DNA of 64,000 nt from a virus, in IMG/VR virus record IMGVR_UViG_3300007511_000007, positions 1 through 64,000 of that record; one strand, 5' to 3'. The notes under the pieces are model-generated. The model had not been told where the DNA came from, did no database searches, and worked only from the letters and a program-made list of their open reading frames with translations. Of the stretch, positions 17,651 to 25,872 are shown in pieces. The translations under genes were made by a program, and so were the position numbers. Within the stretch, counting starts at the first letter, position 1; every line of letters starts with the position of its first letter.

Positions 17651-18963
17651 CGAACACCTCTTCGCTGTTTCTTTTTCCCAAACGGCTTTGGTTTCTCGTC
17701 TTTTGTGTGAGTAGTTTCCGTGAATTCAAGAAAATCCTCGTCATCGAGTATCCGCTTGATCCTAGATTCTTGGACTTCAGGCTCAATTGCCCGCTCCTTC
17801 AGCCATGCTTTGTGGCCCCAATCGGGTTGAACTGCATTCCCCCGGTGTCTACGACTTTCAGAAAGTGCCGCAAGCTGTCCAAACTCCTGTGCGTGGATAT
17901 CAGCATATTCTTTGCTCACAATGAAATCTGCGCTATCTAAAGATCTGTTCCCGTTCTGTGTAAAGTTTCTTGATCCTTTCCACACAGCTTCCCAAACAAC
18001 TCTTTCCTTCACATCCGCTTCCTCCACGGCAAAAAAAAGATCATTTCGGGCAGCGACCTCGACATCAAGCTGCTCCCACCATTTGTCACAAACTGCCCAC
18101 GATGGCTTGGGCGGCACAATACGAGAGTCTCTCAATACAATTCTCTTCGCACCCCCGACAGTTCTGACTTTCCCAAAAACGAGGAACTTATGGTGCAGGA
18201 TCGGTGCCGCATAGTCGGTATTCAGTTCGGTGTCACCAAAACAACGGGCACCCCCAAAAGAATCTTCAGGGTCCAGCCCCGGCCAATTCTCCCAAAAACT
18301 TCGGGGCATATCCCGCAGCAAAAGTGAGTTATCCTCTAAACCCCAGACGCCCGGAGACGATTCCAACGCATCTGTCTTGGCCACAACAAAAGCGCAACCC
18401 CTCTTCAATTCTTGCATCGCCCCCAAGAGACTGCTCAACGTGAACCAAGCCATACACCCAAGGACAGCGTCATATTGTCTGAGATACCCCTTCAAAGGGG
18501 TCTCCAAATCTCGGAAATGAGAAGTAACAGAAACGGTGTGGGGGATGCCACCATAACATTGGAGGAGCTTTTCATCCATTCGGGACAAAGAGTTCAAACT
18601 GAACTCTTTCCCGATCTTCCTTCTGAGGTGCCTTCGATACTCTTCAAGAGCATCTTCCCGTTCGATCTCGGGATGTACCTTCACCCAACCTTTTATGAAC
18701 TCAGCTTCCCCAAATCGTAAGCCATCGGCGGTCAACACTCCAGACAACACCGCAACCTTATGAGCATGGAAATTCCGCTTCTCCTCGGGGGTCTTGAAAA
18801 ATACCTCTACCTCCGAATCCCAATAGGAACGTCGACAGTATCTGTCCTGCCATCCCCGAACTAAGACAATGCTGCCACCATCATCGGGAACATCAACCTG
18901 AAGAGTTGTAGCCCCTTCCATAAAAAGACCGGAAATACCAGAGGGTGTCTTTTCAACTTTCAT
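17647..18963 (-). CDS. Phospholipase D-like (HxK) domain protein, probably a nuclease
   Basis: ILHHKFLVF ... VWKGSRNFTQNG..SLD; GCMAWFT upstream motif. Confidence 0.7.
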   Translation of the reverse strand: MKVEKTPSGISGLFMEGATTLQVDVPDDGGSIVLVRGWQDRYCRRSYWDSEVEVFFKTPEEKRNFHAHKVAVLSGVLTADGLRFGEAEFIKGWVKVHPEIEREDALEEYRRHLRRKIGKEFSLNSLSRMDEKLLQCYGGIPHTVSVTSHFRDLETPLKGYLRQYDAVLGCMAWFTLSSLLGAMQELKRGCAFVVAKTDALESSPGVWGLEDNSLLLRDMPRSFWENWPGLDPEDSFGGARCFGDTELNTDYAAPILHHKFLVFGKVRTVGGAKRIVLRDSRIVPPKPSWAVCDKWWEQLDVEVAARNDLFFAVEEADVKERVVWEAVWKGSRNFTQNGNRSLDSADFIVSKEYADIHAQEFGQLAALSESRRHRGNAVQPDWGHKAWLKERAIEPEVQESRIKRILDDEDFLEFTETTHTKDEKPKPFGKKKQRRGVR

Positions 18964-19231
18964 GAGTCACTCTGGCAGCCAACTCCCTCAACTTCGGGAG
19001 TGACCCGATCACCACATGGGAAAAGTTCACACAAGGAGAAACAGTGGCCCAAACCAACCTGACTCCACTTTTCTCAAGCTCTTTCAGGCAACATGCCACA
19101 ACGCCGTCGGAGTGTCGCCCTCCAAGTTTCCAGTCCTGAATCAGTTGGTAAGACACACTAACATTCTTATTGAGTTGGAACTCACGATGCAAAAAACGAA
19201 GCAGATCTCGGGTCTTTTCCGAACAAAACAT
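18953..19231 (-). CDS. Hypothetical protein
   Basis: SD GAGGGG; overlaps the PLD gene start. Confidence 0.5.
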   Translation of the reverse strand: MFCSEKTRDLLRFLHREFQLNKNVSVSYQLIQDWKLGGRHSDGVVACCLKELEKSGVRLVWATVSPCVNFSHVVIGSLPKLRELAARVTHES

Positions 19232-19327
19232 AGTTTACCCCTCTCGCAAACCACTCATCTGAACTACTCCATTTCACCAAAAAACCCCGAAAGCCTCAAC
19301 TTTGCCCCCTCGGGATCAGCCTTCAAT

Positions 19328-20818
19328 TCACTCCTCAAGAAGCATGTCAATAACATTTGGCCCCTTTACCATCTTCCGATATCCACCACGACGCCATTTG
19401 GCAACATACTTTTTGATCCTTTCAGCAACTCGTTTGGGATCGTGTTTGATCTCACTCTCCCATAAGACCAAGCAAGAGATGCCTTGATCCTCATAAAACC
19501 TTTCTACCTCTCTCCTATGGGTAAAACGATCCTTCCCAGTCTTTTGTGGGCCATGCCAGTAGTCACCAAAGATTTCGATCAGAGCACTCGTCCTGAGATC
19601 GTTCAACTTGGTACCATCCCGATAGGCGTCCAACTGTGCCCGTGTCAAGATTATAAAATCTGGATTCCGATTTTGGGAGGTCTCTTCGCTTCCCACCCAA
19701 TAAGACCCATCTCCAGCATACACCACAAATTCTGTGGACAATCCATTTACCTGTTGCTCAAGTTTATTTGGGCTAGTGTGAGTTTGATTTGACCACATGC
19801 TTTGAGGGGGAAAGGGGACACCATACTTTTGTGTCCAAACTTTCTTGATCTTCCTCTTGATCTCCTCACTTTTCGACGGATTATCCACTCCATACTTCTC
19901 CAACCATGTCTTTTGCGCTTTCGCCCGCACCTCTGGGCATTGCTGAGAATGTCTCCCCCCATGATTGGCCAGGTTTGTCTCGTAGGCTTGCTGTTGAATT
20001 GTAGGATCAAGTAATGGGTTCTCTACACCATACTTCTCCATGAATACAGCAGCCAACCTCTCCCGCACTTCCTCAGACTTCATAGGATGCACAACACCCC
20101 ACTTCTCCAAACACACAGCTTTGAACTTTTCTTTAAACTCGTCTGTCTCGAAGTAATGCTCCGATCCATACCTCTCCCTGTTTGTCTCCCTTGTCTTCTC
20201 TTGAATCTCAGGGACTCTCTGAGGACATGTCTCCCCATACTTAGACTCCATACCCTCCTGTGCCCTTTTTGTACCCTCCTGACCCCCCAAAGGGTTCTCA
20301 TGCCCATACTTCACCAGATTCGTAGCTGCACGTTTTCTCTGTACCTCAGGGGCAATCGCAGCATGGTTTACGCCGTACTTCTCTTTGGCAGTCTCTCGGG
20401 ACTTCTCCTTGACCCCCTCATCCTGAAAAACGTTATCCACACCATATCTCTTCTTGACCGTCTTCTTGCGTTTCTCAAGCGTTGTTGAAAGCCTCACGGG
20501 GGCACCCGGAAACTTCATCTTGTACTCGCCCTCAGTCAAACCATGAACCTTCTTCAAATGATCCATCATACGAGTAAACCGGAAATCCCACCCATATTGA
20601 AGACAGACTTTGCATTGGACGTAATCCTGCCCCTCAACCAGCCTCTCTCCAAATAGATGTTTCTTTGAATACTTGTCCCACTTGAAGTATGGCAGTGGAT
20701 CACCAAACTGCTCTTTCCACCCCTCACACTCAGATGTGTGTTCATGAATCTTCTTTGGTGCCATCCTGTGACCACACGCAGGACAACTGATACTGCCACG
20801 ATCTTCATTTCTTGGCAT
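19328..20818 (-). CDS. Putative homing endonuclease: zinc fingers + about 8 'KYGV.N/HP' repeats + Vsr/DUF559-like nuclease
   Basis: CPACG..H, CKVC..HLKKVH; repeated K[YW]G[VEH].. units about 25 aa apart; C-terminal PDFII...IEIFGDYWH...LVLWESEI. Confidence 0.75.
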   Translation of the reverse strand: MPRNEDRGSISCPACGHRMAPKKIHEHTSECEGWKEQFGDPLPYFKWDKYSKKHLFGERLVEGQDYVQCKVCLQYGWDFRFTRMMDHLKKVHGLTEGEYKMKFPGAPVRLSTTLEKRKKTVKKRYGVDNVFQDEGVKEKSRETAKEKYGVNHAAIAPEVQRKRAATNLVKYGHENPLGGQEGTKRAQEGMESKYGETCPQRVPEIQEKTRETNRERYGSEHYFETDEFKEKFKAVCLEKWGVVHPMKSEEVRERLAAVFMEKYGVENPLLDPTIQQQAYETNLANHGGRHSQQCPEVRAKAQKTWLEKYGVDNPSKSEEIKRKIKKVWTQKYGVPFPPQSMWSNQTHTSPNKLEQQVNGLSTEFVVYAGDGSYWVGSEETSQNRNPDFIILTRAQLDAYRDGTKLNDLRTSALIEIFGDYWHGPQKTGKDRFTHRREVERFYEDQGISCLVLWESEIKHDPKRVAERIKKYVAKWRRGGYRKMVKGPNVIDMLLEE

Positions 20819-20855
20819 GAGCAACTCCTCCCATGCGGGAACTCCCGCATGAAAC

Positions 20856-20884
20856 ATGCTACCCAAGCGTATCTAGGTTGTCAA
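20856..20884 (-). promoter_or_regulatory. Sigma70 promoter (TTGACA-N17-TAGCAT) for the endonuclease gene, followed by a hairpin next to the SD
   Basis: Consensus -35 with a 17-nt spacer; inverted repeat CATGCGGG/CCCGCATG at 20832-20851. Confidence 0.7.
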
Positions 20885-20952
20885 GAAAGAAATGACAAGA
20901 GAGGCGAAAGCTCGGAAAACCCTAATGATAACAGACACATCGGAGGGAAACC

Positions 20953-21591
20953 TTAGAGAAAATTCCGGGGTGAGAGGACGCCCCGGCCCACATTTGCACC
21001 AAAAGCCGATCTAATTCCTACCCCATATTTGGGCTGACGCAATCCACGGATATATTTGACGGTCATCATCTTGGTTTCAGTGGCTTTCTCGAATTGCGTC
21101 TCGGCATTCTGCTTGAGCGACTCGTACTTGGAAGACTTCTCGATGTCCAATGAAACCCCACCAATCGAGTATGAGTTGTGCGCCAAGATCCCATTGGCAA
21201 GAAAGAAGTTCTCGGGGCCGGGAACCGACAGGTCAAAGGTAAACTCCTCAGGGTCAACATCCTGCACACGGGTCACGAGAGGAGCTACGATTTGGTCCTC
21301 AACCTGCGCTATGATGGCCGAACCACATTCAAGCCCCCCTGAAAGGACAGGAACGAGCTTTCTCCCTTCACTGGTGAACAAGCTATGGTCTTCTGTACAA
21401 ACGACGCTCTGGGACTCCCCAACGAGGCTCACCGTCACTTCCACCATTCGTTTCTGGGGGGTATGGTGACGCATGATGTCGGAAACCGAGTGCAGAGAAA
21501 CCTCTCCTGTTTCCCTATCGGCTGCTTTGACCCTGAGTTGGCCCGCAAGAAACGCTTTCTTGATCTCGGCTCGTGTCTGACTATCCAACAT
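20953..21591 (-). CDS. Split-intein C-fragment (IntC, 139 aa) fused to the 73-aa C-extein of a putative neck/head-completion protein
   Basis: Block B VVCTEDHSLF, block F TFDLSVPGPENFFL, block G NGILAHN/S (Asn 21175-21177). No block A at the N-terminus; own SD GGAGG. Confidence 0.85.
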   Translation of the reverse strand: MLDSQTRAEIKKAFLAGQLRVKAADRETGEVSLHSVSDIMRHHTPQKRMVEVTVSLVGESQSVVCTEDHSLFTSEGRKLVPVLSGGLECGSAIIAQVEDQIVAPLVTRVQDVDPEEFTFDLSVPGPENFFLANGILAHNSYSIGGVSLDIEKSSKYESLKQNAETQFEKATETKMMTVKYIRGLRQPKYGVGIRSAFGANVGRGVLSPRNFL

Positions 21592-22567
21592 TGCAAAACC
21601 TCCCACGATCCTCTAAATCCAAAACGGCTTTTCGGATTCGCTTCAAACAGCTTTCGGGATCTTGTCTGATTTCATGTTCCCAAAAGGCGAGCAATGTCCA
21701 CCCTCGGTTTCTCAAATAGGTTGCCTTGCTCTTATCGGTTGTGAGCGTGCCTTTCGGCCCCGTCAATTTACATTCAGGGCAACTGTGCCAATAGCACCCG
21801 TTGATCTCTACCGATAACTTAAGCTCGGGGATCGCCTCATCTATTGAGTAGTACCCAACCTCATGTTCCGTCTCGAATCCCACCAACCCGAACTCAATCA
21901 TTCTCTCCTTGAACTCAAGATGCAACTTTGTTCTCTTCTTCTTGATGTGCCTGCGAGCCTGCTTCGCCATTTCTAAAGACAACTCTTTATTGTCCCGATG
22001 CCAGCCCTCGACAGCTTCTCTGAGATCCCCATTCTCCCATCTCTCTTTGGACTGTTGGCGACGCAACTCTCGATACTCTGGGGTCTTGTTGAGGGCCGTC
22101 AGATGCGCCGCAGCTTGTTCTCGATAGGGGCCAGCCTGCATACGTTTCGACGCTTCTGAGATCTGCTGTCGTGTGATTTCTCCCACCGGGGTCTGGAACC
22201 TCTTTTTGAGCTTCTCAGACTGTGCTTCCTTTTGCCCCTCGGACTTCGCTTTCCGCCCCCTCGTAAACGCACTCATCAACGGGGCCTCGGGGAACTTCCC
22301 CACGTAGTCTTTCAGAGACACCCCCGAACACGCCTTGAGATGCCTTGGTGAAATCATGTTCTGGAAAGCCCCACACTCTTTGCACAGGATGTAGTGCTCC
22401 CCTTCGATCAACCTTTCTTGTAGGTGCTCATAGGAGAAGAAAATCGTAGGACGTTTGCCTTCTTTACGGGAGTGCTCACACACTATTCCTGATTCGACCA
22501 AGGCCGAAAAGGTCTTGGCGTTGAACCCATAGCGCAGGAGCACTTGTCGTTTCGTCAACAGAGTCAC
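21581..22567 (-). CDS. Free-standing Vsr/DUF559-like (homing) endonuclease with zinc finger, inserted between the split-intein halves
   Basis: CKECG..HL zinc finger; IDEAIPELKLSVEINGCYWH ... K..YLRNRGW..L.FWEHEI. GTGA overlap with the upstream stop. Confidence 0.8.
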   Translation of the reverse strand: MTLLTKRQVLLRYGFNAKTFSALVESGIVCEHSRKEGKRPTIFFSYEHLQERLIEGEHYILCKECGAFQNMISPRHLKACSGVSLKDYVGKFPEAPLMSAFTRGRKAKSEGQKEAQSEKLKKRFQTPVGEITRQQISEASKRMQAGPYREQAAAHLTALNKTPEYRELRRQQSKERWENGDLREAVEGWHRDNKELSLEMAKQARRHIKKKRTKLHLEFKERMIEFGLVGFETEHEVGYYSIDEAIPELKLSVEINGCYWHSCPECKLTGPKGTLTTDKSKATYLRNRGWTLLAFWEHEIRQDPESCLKRIRKAVLDLEDRGRFCNVG

Positions 22568-23334
22568 TCTTTACACACCTTGTAAAGCTCCTCAAAGGGG
22601 AGCGTCACTTCTTCTCCATTCGGGAGAGTTACAGTAATCTCTTGATCCCCTCTCACGCTGAACTCGTCCGAAACCCAATTGCTCGCCAGGGCAAAGCAAG
22701 CGTGTACGATTCCACCCCAGATAATCGCGGTTCTCCAAACGGGTTTCATGGAAACGAGCCGGTCGATGGTATTGACTGCTTCCGTCTCGGGCGGGAACAT
22801 ATTGAACCAGTCCAAGGCTCGTTCCAGATATTCCAGAAGTTCTTCATCTCGCCATATCTGGCCGAACACCTGATTGTACTGGCCAATGGTACCTTCATGC
22901 TCTGGTGGTCTGAAATGGTAGAAGGAATCTGGGTCCTGGTCTCGAAGGAGCATTCTGATCTTTGCAATCATGGAAACTTCGGCTGCTGTATACGTTATTG
23001 AGGTAACTGTTCCGGCGGCGACTACGGCGAATTCTTGAACAACTTGTTGATAGGGTGATGAGGTGAGTTCTTTGAATGTCCAACGGATTCGATATGTTCC
23101 TACTGTAGCACCGGAAGGGATCATCAGGGAGCCGTAGTATTCTCCCACAGTGGGATTAATCGGGGTTCTTTGTGCCGCCCCGATCAATACTTCAGACTCG
23201 GGGGGGCCTGGATCTACGTAGTAGAGCGCAAAATAAATCTCGGCGGCATTTGTGGCGGCACCTTGGGTGTTTGTCAGGAATATGTCCAGGTCACCGCGCC
23301 CGAGCGTTTCGCCTTGTGTGAATGCAATAGCCAT
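22564..23334 (-). CDS. Putative neck/head-completion protein N-extein (225 aa) + split-intein N-fragment (IntN, 31 aa)
   Basis: Ends ...NWVSDEF|SVRGDQEITVTLPNGEEVTLPFEELYKVCKE*, an intein block A pattern (S1-V-x-G-D-x-x-I-x-V ... FEELY). N-terminal Ig-like strands, then a helical RMLLRD...ELLEYLERAL region. Confidence 0.75.
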   Translation of the reverse strand: MAIAFTQGETLGRGDLDIFLTNTQGAATNAAEIYFALYYVDPGPPESEVLIGAAQRTPINPTVGEYYGSLMIPSGATVGTYRIRWTFKELTSSPYQQVVQEFAVVAAGTVTSITYTAAEVSMIAKIRMLLRDQDPDSFYHFRPPEHEGTIGQYNQVFGQIWRDEELLEYLERALDWFNMFPPETEAVNTIDRLVSMKPVWRTAIIWGGIVHACFALASNWVSDEFSVRGDQEITVTLPNGEEVTLPFEELYKVCKE

Positions 23335-23355
23335 GTGAGCTTCGGTACCTCCCTT

Positions 23356-23805
23356 CTAACCAATCAGAATCCGAGTATCTGTCGTCAGAACCACTACCGT
23401 GGCACTGATGGCATTTGCCACCCGCACCGTCATTACCCCCGACCCGGCGGGAGGTGTTTGACTCACTTCTCCAGCCGTAGTGGACAAATAGAGATCATTT
23501 CCAATGGTCAATGGGCCACCCCCGGTTACGATGGGAGTTACTTTTGATCCACGACCAGTGATTATTGCCGCAGTTTGGCCGGGAACTCCATTTGCGCCCA
23601 TGAATCCAATGAACCCATCCAGGTTATCGGCTGGGCCTGCCCCACACAGTGCAAACTCTAAGGAACCGCCATTATCTACGACTGCTACCGCGGCTCCAAG
23701 GAGAAGCGGCGGGGCTGCCGGAACAGTGATGTCGGAGTACAGTATTTTCGCAGAATCACTGCTGATACTTGATCCTGCTGCTGGCGGGTATGCAATCGGT
23801 GTCAT
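23356..23805 (-). CDS. Virion structural protein (capsid decoration/cement-like)
   Basis: Ala/Gly/Val-rich, LT.G..LYLSTTAG.V..TPP motif; head-module location. Confidence 0.6.
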   Translation of the reverse strand: MTPIAYPPAAGSSISSDSAKILYSDITVPAAPPLLLGAAVAVVDNGGSLEFALCGAGPADNLDGFIGFMGANGVPGQTAAIITGRGSKVTPIVTGGGPLTIGNDLYLSTTAGEVSQTPPAGSGVMTVRVANAISATVVVLTTDTRILIG

Positions 23806-23808
23806 TTT

Positions 23809-24033
23809 CTAATGTACCATCGAACGACACGCTGCATCATACCGTTCTTCTGTCGAACCGGGGTAACTTGTCAACAATTCTTTTGCCGTTGGGTTTCCAT
23901 TCAGAGACTCCCCAGCAAAGACGAAGACCACCGTCTTCGTATCGTTCTCATCGATCTCGGTTCGAAGGAATTTGCCGCCTTTGTTCACCATGAAGCCAGC
24001 CATCCTGAAATCTGTAACTCGAACTTCTGCCAT
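23809..24033 (-). CDS. Small DUF5659-like protein
   Basis: TDFRMAGFM ... VVFVF; paralog of 24415-24678. Confidence 0.55.
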   Translation of the reverse strand: MAEVRVTDFRMAGFMVNKGGKFLRTEIDENDTKTVVFVFAGESLNGNPTAKELLTSYPGSTEERYDAACRSMVH

Positions 24034-24045
24034 CTGCGGACTCCT

Positions 24046-24411
24046 CTATCCCCCCTTTACGAACTGAGCGATCAAACCTGGATAACCCCCTCCCAACCCT
24101 CTATTCGATGAAATCAGCGTTAATTCTTGTTCGGCCCGACTCACCAACCCCGATCCAGGATCAGTCCCTTCCATTAATCCATAAAGAGCGTCACCATCCG
24201 TGAATGTGGTCGGGATGGTGTACGTGTATGTGTAACGACCTACCTCTGCGGGAACAGCCTCAACCAAAGCCGCTGAGACCAATGTCTGTTTTGCACCTGC
24301 ACCAGTGAAATTATAGATGAGGATCGCCGGGTTGTTCACAGCGATGGGTGTGTTTGTGGCATCCACAAACAGCACCGTGAAAGTAAATGGACTTCCAATA
24401 ACAGCTTCCAC
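24046..24411 (-). CDS. Ig-like virion protein
   Basis: Beta-rich, F.D....PI, GRYTYTYTIP. Confidence 0.55.
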   Translation of the reverse strand: MEAVIGSPFTFTVLFVDATNTPIAVNNPAILIYNFTGAGAKQTLVSAALVEAVPAEVGRYTYTYTIPTTFTDGDALYGLMEGTDPGSGLVSRAEQELTLISSNRGLGGGYPGLIAQFVKGG

Positions 24412-24414
24412 TTC

Positions 24415-24678
24415 TTAAACCTCATCCATGTGAGTCAAAGTTTTCATATTCTTGATCTCTTCAGCGTAACCAAGAGCCACTACCTTACTCGTCCTATTGA
24501 AGTATTGGAGCTTGAGATTTTTGATTGCGTCAGAACGCTCAAAGACAAAGTAGACTCGTCGTCCTTCTCTATCGATATCGACAAGAGGAACGCCCGCCAG
24601 CTTCAGATAAGCGGCATAATACAAGTCCGTGGTTCGGTATGTGGAGTTTGGTTCTACATTCATCCGTTTCCTTTGCAT
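24415..24678 (-). CDS. DUF5659-like small protein
   Basis: YRTTDLYYAAYLKLAG ... RVYFVFE ... Y...IKN.K. Confidence 0.6.
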   Translation of the reverse strand: MQRKRMNVEPNSTYRTTDLYYAAYLKLAGVPLVDIDREGRRVYFVFERSDAIKNLKLQYFNRTSKVVALGYAEEIKNMKTLTHMDEV

Positions 24679-24751
24679 CTGTCAATCCATCCTGGCTCTC
24701 AAATAAACCAGGAGGTCTTCACCTATAAAGCCTGCGCTATAGAGCAAAAAA

Positions 24752-25840
24752 TCAGATTCTCAAAAGGTTTCCATCAGAATCGTAAACAGTGATCGCCTCA
24801 AACATTCCATTCGCTGGAATTTCAGACAAACTATGGGCGTACCAACCCCCGGTTGAAGGGCCTCCAACCAGGGGACTAACAGCTTGAAAAACAGACGAAG
24901 ACACCAAATTACTGACCGTGTAACCCCCATCAAAAGCCGTGGTCGCATTATCAAAGATTGCCACGGTATCCCCGACGGCAAGGAAATGGCCGTTGGTGAC
25001 GGTCACCGTCATTGTTCCTGCAGCCCCTGTCATTGAAGCTACCGGGAGTCGTGTCGCATACGTGCGTGCGGTACCTCCTCTCCCATATGTGAATTGAGGA
25101 TTCTGGTACACAAACATGGTGTCTGCGATTCTGCCCGCCAGCGATACCGTGGGGAATCCCAATTCGGATCTCGCTGAACTGGAAACATAAAGAGGGCGGG
25201 CATTTTTGAAAGCAGGGGACTGTGGGAAAACAACATTTGTCGGTGGGGCTTGAGTCAAAAAACCCGAAGCAAGGTTCCCCGTGAGAACACTAACTGCAGG
25301 ATGGGCTTCAGCCGACCAGTTATTTCCGGCCATATCAGCGAGGGTCGCCCCGAACCCTACCCGATAAACTTCACCCGAAAGAATTCGCATGATGTCGTCC
25401 ACGGTAGCGATACTGCCGTTCGTGGTGAGGTTCGTCAGGTTTGGTAAAGGAGGTGGACCAAAGAGATTGGCTGTGTTGTTGATCACCCCCACAATGTCCG
25501 CTTCGGTCATCTCAGCCCGATTGAGGATTCGGGCATACAAGGTAAGGGCAATATGATATGCTTGCCGAGCAAACATCATCTGATCCCCAACACAACAAAT
25601 ATGATCTAGGAGATACCCCGCCAGACCATCTTCATCCTGACCCATAACCGTTTTTGCCCCGGTGAAACCGAGGTTTGGTTCTTGCGTGAGTTGAGGAAAG
25701 TTATTGACGTTCACATACCCGGATTGCCCTGAGCCTTCCATGCCCGGATTGACAAGAGAAGAGTTGGGTATAAGACTACCGAGAGGAATAGCCCCGGCTG
25801 GAAGATCATTACGGACAAGGACTGGGTAGATACGACGCAT
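24752..25840 (-). CDS. Virion structural protein, paralog 3 of a tandem family
   Basis: Shares RND(L/I)P, PNSS..NP, GQ.GY, GLA.YL.DH, RIL.GEVY and VYD.DG.LL motifs with its two upstream neighbours. Confidence 0.7.
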   Translation of the reverse strand: MRRIYPVLVRNDLPAGAIPLGSLIPNSSLVNPGMEGSGQSGYVNVNNFPQLTQEPNLGFTGAKTVMGQDEDGLAGYLLDHICCVGDQMMFARQAYHIALTLYARILNRAEMTEADIVGVINNTANLFGPPPLPNLTNLTTNGSIATVDDIMRILSGEVYRVGFGATLADMAGNNWSAEAHPAVSVLTGNLASGFLTQAPPTNVVFPQSPAFKNARPLYVSSSARSELGFPTVSLAGRIADTMFVYQNPQFTYGRGGTARTYATRLPVASMTGAAGTMTVTVTNGHFLAVGDTVAIFDNATTAFDGGYTVSNLVSSSVFQAVSPLVGGPSTGGWYAHSLSEIPANGMFEAITVYDSDGNLLRI

Positions 25841-25872
25841 AGCTTCACCCCCCTTTTACGAGAGGAGGCGTA

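Noticed and set aside
19820-20460. Periodic repeats (about 75 nt) as a possible CRISPR array or DGR
   Set aside because: These are degenerate protein-level KYGV repeats within an ORF; no identical DNA repeats, cas genes or reverse transcriptase are present.
21581-22567. Group I/II intron explanation for the interrupted neck gene
   Set aside because: The three ORFs overlap each other directly, leaving no non-coding sequence for a ribozyme core; the intein motifs explain the break.
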